A model generated the notes under the pieces. That model saw nothing but the letters and a program-made list of their open reading frames with translations. It was not told where the DNA came from and ran no database searches. A DNA stretch of 33,438 nt, from NCBI GenBank assembly GCA_965366365.1, contig CBDUEV010000031.1, positions 1 through 33,438 of the forward strand, given 5' to 3'. Below are positions 32,105 to 33,438 of this stretch, in pieces (the first letter of the stretch is position 1; every line of letters starts with the position of its first letter). This stretch comes from an uncultured Acidimicrobiia bacterium. Lineage in GTDB: Bacteria; Actinomycetota; Acidimicrobiia; Spongiisociales; JAENVV01. Position numbers and translations under genes: made by a program.

Positions 32105-33118
32105 ATGGCCCGTACCCCCATCGATCGGGCCGTTACATTGGGCGTCGTGCCCATCGACACCACCTTCTCGATCCAACCGCTCCGCATGAACCGCCACCTC
32201 CCCGACGTGGTGGAGATCATGAACCTGCGCGCCGAGCACTTCGATGAGCCGGCGAGGAGAACGTTGGAAGCGGTGACCGTCTACTGGGAGACCCAAGCCA
32301 ACTTCAACCCGTCTCGAGACGCGGTGGTGGCGCTGGCGGACGGCCGGATCGTCGCCTTCGCCCGTGTCCATTGGTACGACGAGAACAACGGCCCCCGGGT
32401 GTACTTCCACGACGCCCACGTACACCCCGGATGGTTTCGAAGGGGCATCGGGACCGCGCTCCTGGACTGGTTGAGCCGCCGCATCGACGAGATGGCGTCC
32501 GCCCACGCCGTCCGGCCGGCGGAGCGGCGGACGATGACCAACGACTTCGACGAAGCCCCTTCCACGATGCTGCCGGTTGCGGGATACCACCGAACGGGCT
32601 CCGACGCCACGCTCATCAGACCGAAACTCACGGACGTTCCCGAGGCCGAGCTGCCCATGGGCTTGGAGATCCGGCCGGTTACGGAGCACGACTACCGCGC
32701 CATCTATCGAGCCGACGTGGAAGCTTTTCGCAACCACCGAGGAGTCGGTGACCAGGGCGAGGCGGGTTGGCAGCGTTTTCGATTCGATCCGCGCTTCGAT
32801 CCCACCCTCTGGAAGGTGGCGTGGCATGGCGATAGCGTGGTCGGGCAGGTCCGCACTTTCGTCGACCAGGAAGAGAACCAGGCCACAGGCCGGCGTAGAG
32901 CATGGACCGAAGACATCTCCGTTCAGCGCGACTGGAGAAACCAAGGGGTCGCCCGGGCCTTGATCTGTGCCAGTCTGCGCGACCTCCACGATCGGGGATT
33001 CGAGGAGGCCGCTCTGTCGGTGCACACCGAGAATCCCACCGGAGCGTTCCACCTCTACACCGACATGGGCTATCAGGTGGTCTCGACCTTCACGGAGTGG
33101 TCGCGCCGTGTCGAGTGA
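32105..33118 (+). CDS. Tandem-GNAT N-acetyltransferase (MshD-like mycothiol synthase candidate)
   Basis: Two GNAT cores (RRGIGTALL; RNQGVARALI). The ORF-track entry 31433..33118 over-extends 5' across the convergent hydrolase gene. ATG start at 32105. Confidence 0.7.
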   Translation: MARTPIDRAVTLGVVPIDTTFSIQPLRMNRHLPDVVEIMNLRAEHFDEPARRTLEAVTVYWETQANFNPSRDAVVALADGRIVAFARVHWYDENNGPRVYFHDAHVHPGWFRRGIGTALLDWLSRRIDEMASAHAVRPAERRTMTNDFDEAPSTMLPVAGYHRTGSDATLIRPKLTDVPEAELPMGLEIRPVTEHDYRAIYRADVEAFRNHRGVGDQGEAGWQRFRFDPRFDPTLWKVAWHGDSVVGQVRTFVDQEENQATGRRRAWTEDISVQRDWRNQGVARALICASLRDLHDRGFEEAALSVHTENPTGAFHLYTDMGYQVVSTFTEWSRRVE

Positions 33119-33253
33119 CGTCGCCATTTCGTCACTCGCCCGAAAGTGCCGAGCCAACCCTCGTGGATGAGATTCAGCCCGGATTAAGGTCAGGCTGCGA
33201 AGCTGACGCTGCTTGACAAGGTTGGGCACTCCTCCGCCTCAGCCAGGGAGAGT

Positions 33254-33284
33254 ACGAACAAGCCCGCTTCACGTGGGCTTGTTC
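33254..33284 (+). other. Perfect 11-bp stem hairpin CGAACAAGCCC-(9 nt)-GGGCTTGTTCG downstream of the GNAT gene
   Basis: Inverted repeat seen directly; no T-tract follows. Confidence 0.45.
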
Positions 33285-33396
33285 GCTGTCCGGCCCAATC
33301 GCTGTCCGGCCCAGTTGCTGTCCGGCCCAGTTGCTGTCCGGCCCAGTTGCTGTCCGGCCCAGTTGCTGACCGGCCCAGTTGCTGACCGGCCCAGTT
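33285..33396. repeat. 7 x 16-bp tandem repeat (GCTGTCCGGCCCAGTT; last copies GCTGACCGGCCCAGTT), continuing toward the window end
   Basis: Direct reading of the sequence. The ORFs spanning it (33174..33422 minus, 33213..33401 plus) merely translate the repeat. Confidence 0.85.
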
Positions 33397-33438
33397 GCTG
33401 ACGTGCCGGCGTGGCGTCGCATCGGCGGTGCGCCCGCG

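Noticed and set aside
32029-33229. Upstream 400 codons of the 630-aa minus ORF 31337..33229, and the 5' part of the plus ORF 31433..33118
   Set aside because: Only the 3' 230 codons (dienelactone hydrolase, with a perfect Shine-Dalgarno) on the minus strand and the region from 32105 (tandem GNAT) on the plus strand carry recognisable domains. The remainder is antisense to the other gene.

Overview
This is a high-GC (about 70%) actinobacterial chromosomal window. The taxonomic call rests on mycothiol gene mshA, an F420-type nitroreductase, Rex and an RsiG-like protein. It is densely coding on both strands. The main content is respiratory. (1) A nuoA-B-C-D-only NADH-dehydrogenase cluster (minus strand) lies next to a MenJ-like geranylgeranyl reductase and a Rex repressor gene whose own start codon sits inside a near-consensus Rex operator. 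(2) A minus-strand cytochrome bc-type operon has a split cytochrome b (b6-like plus subunit-IV-like), Rieske protein, diheme cytochrome c, a 2x[4Fe-4S] ferredoxin and two uncharacterised membrane proteins. (3) Divergently transcribed from it is a cbb3-oxidase-derived module whose CcoN-like catalytic subunit has lost all six canonical histidine metal ligands. It is translationally coupled to a CcoO-like monoheme cytochrome c and followed by a second membrane-anchored monoheme cytochrome c. A ~35-aa N-terminal helical module recurs four times across three of these subunits in both operons. I consider this apparently non-catalytic oxidase-fold module plus bc-complex locus the most likely undescribed system. 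Other content: a secreted FG-GAP protein with three SLH-like C-terminal repeats encoded by ~186-bp tandem DNA repeats and a 9-bp poly-Thr microsatellite; a SAM hydroxide adenosyltransferase (DUF62); a Clp1-like P-loop NTPase; a CAP-domain secreted protein; a translationally coupled operon of an RsiG-like c-di-GMP-motif protein, asparaginase II, GNAT, MshA and YbjN-like; an M23 peptidase; an F420-dependent nitroreductase-family protein; CrcB; a MoaD-like domain fused to a membrane domain; flotillin/NfeD; a dienelactone hydrolase; and a tandem-GNAT MshD-like acetyltransferase. Non-coding features include REP-like palindromic repeats, two 16-bp tandem-repeat arrays, several hairpin terminators and lower-GC intergenic islands. 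No tRNA, rRNA, CRISPR array or transposase was recognised.
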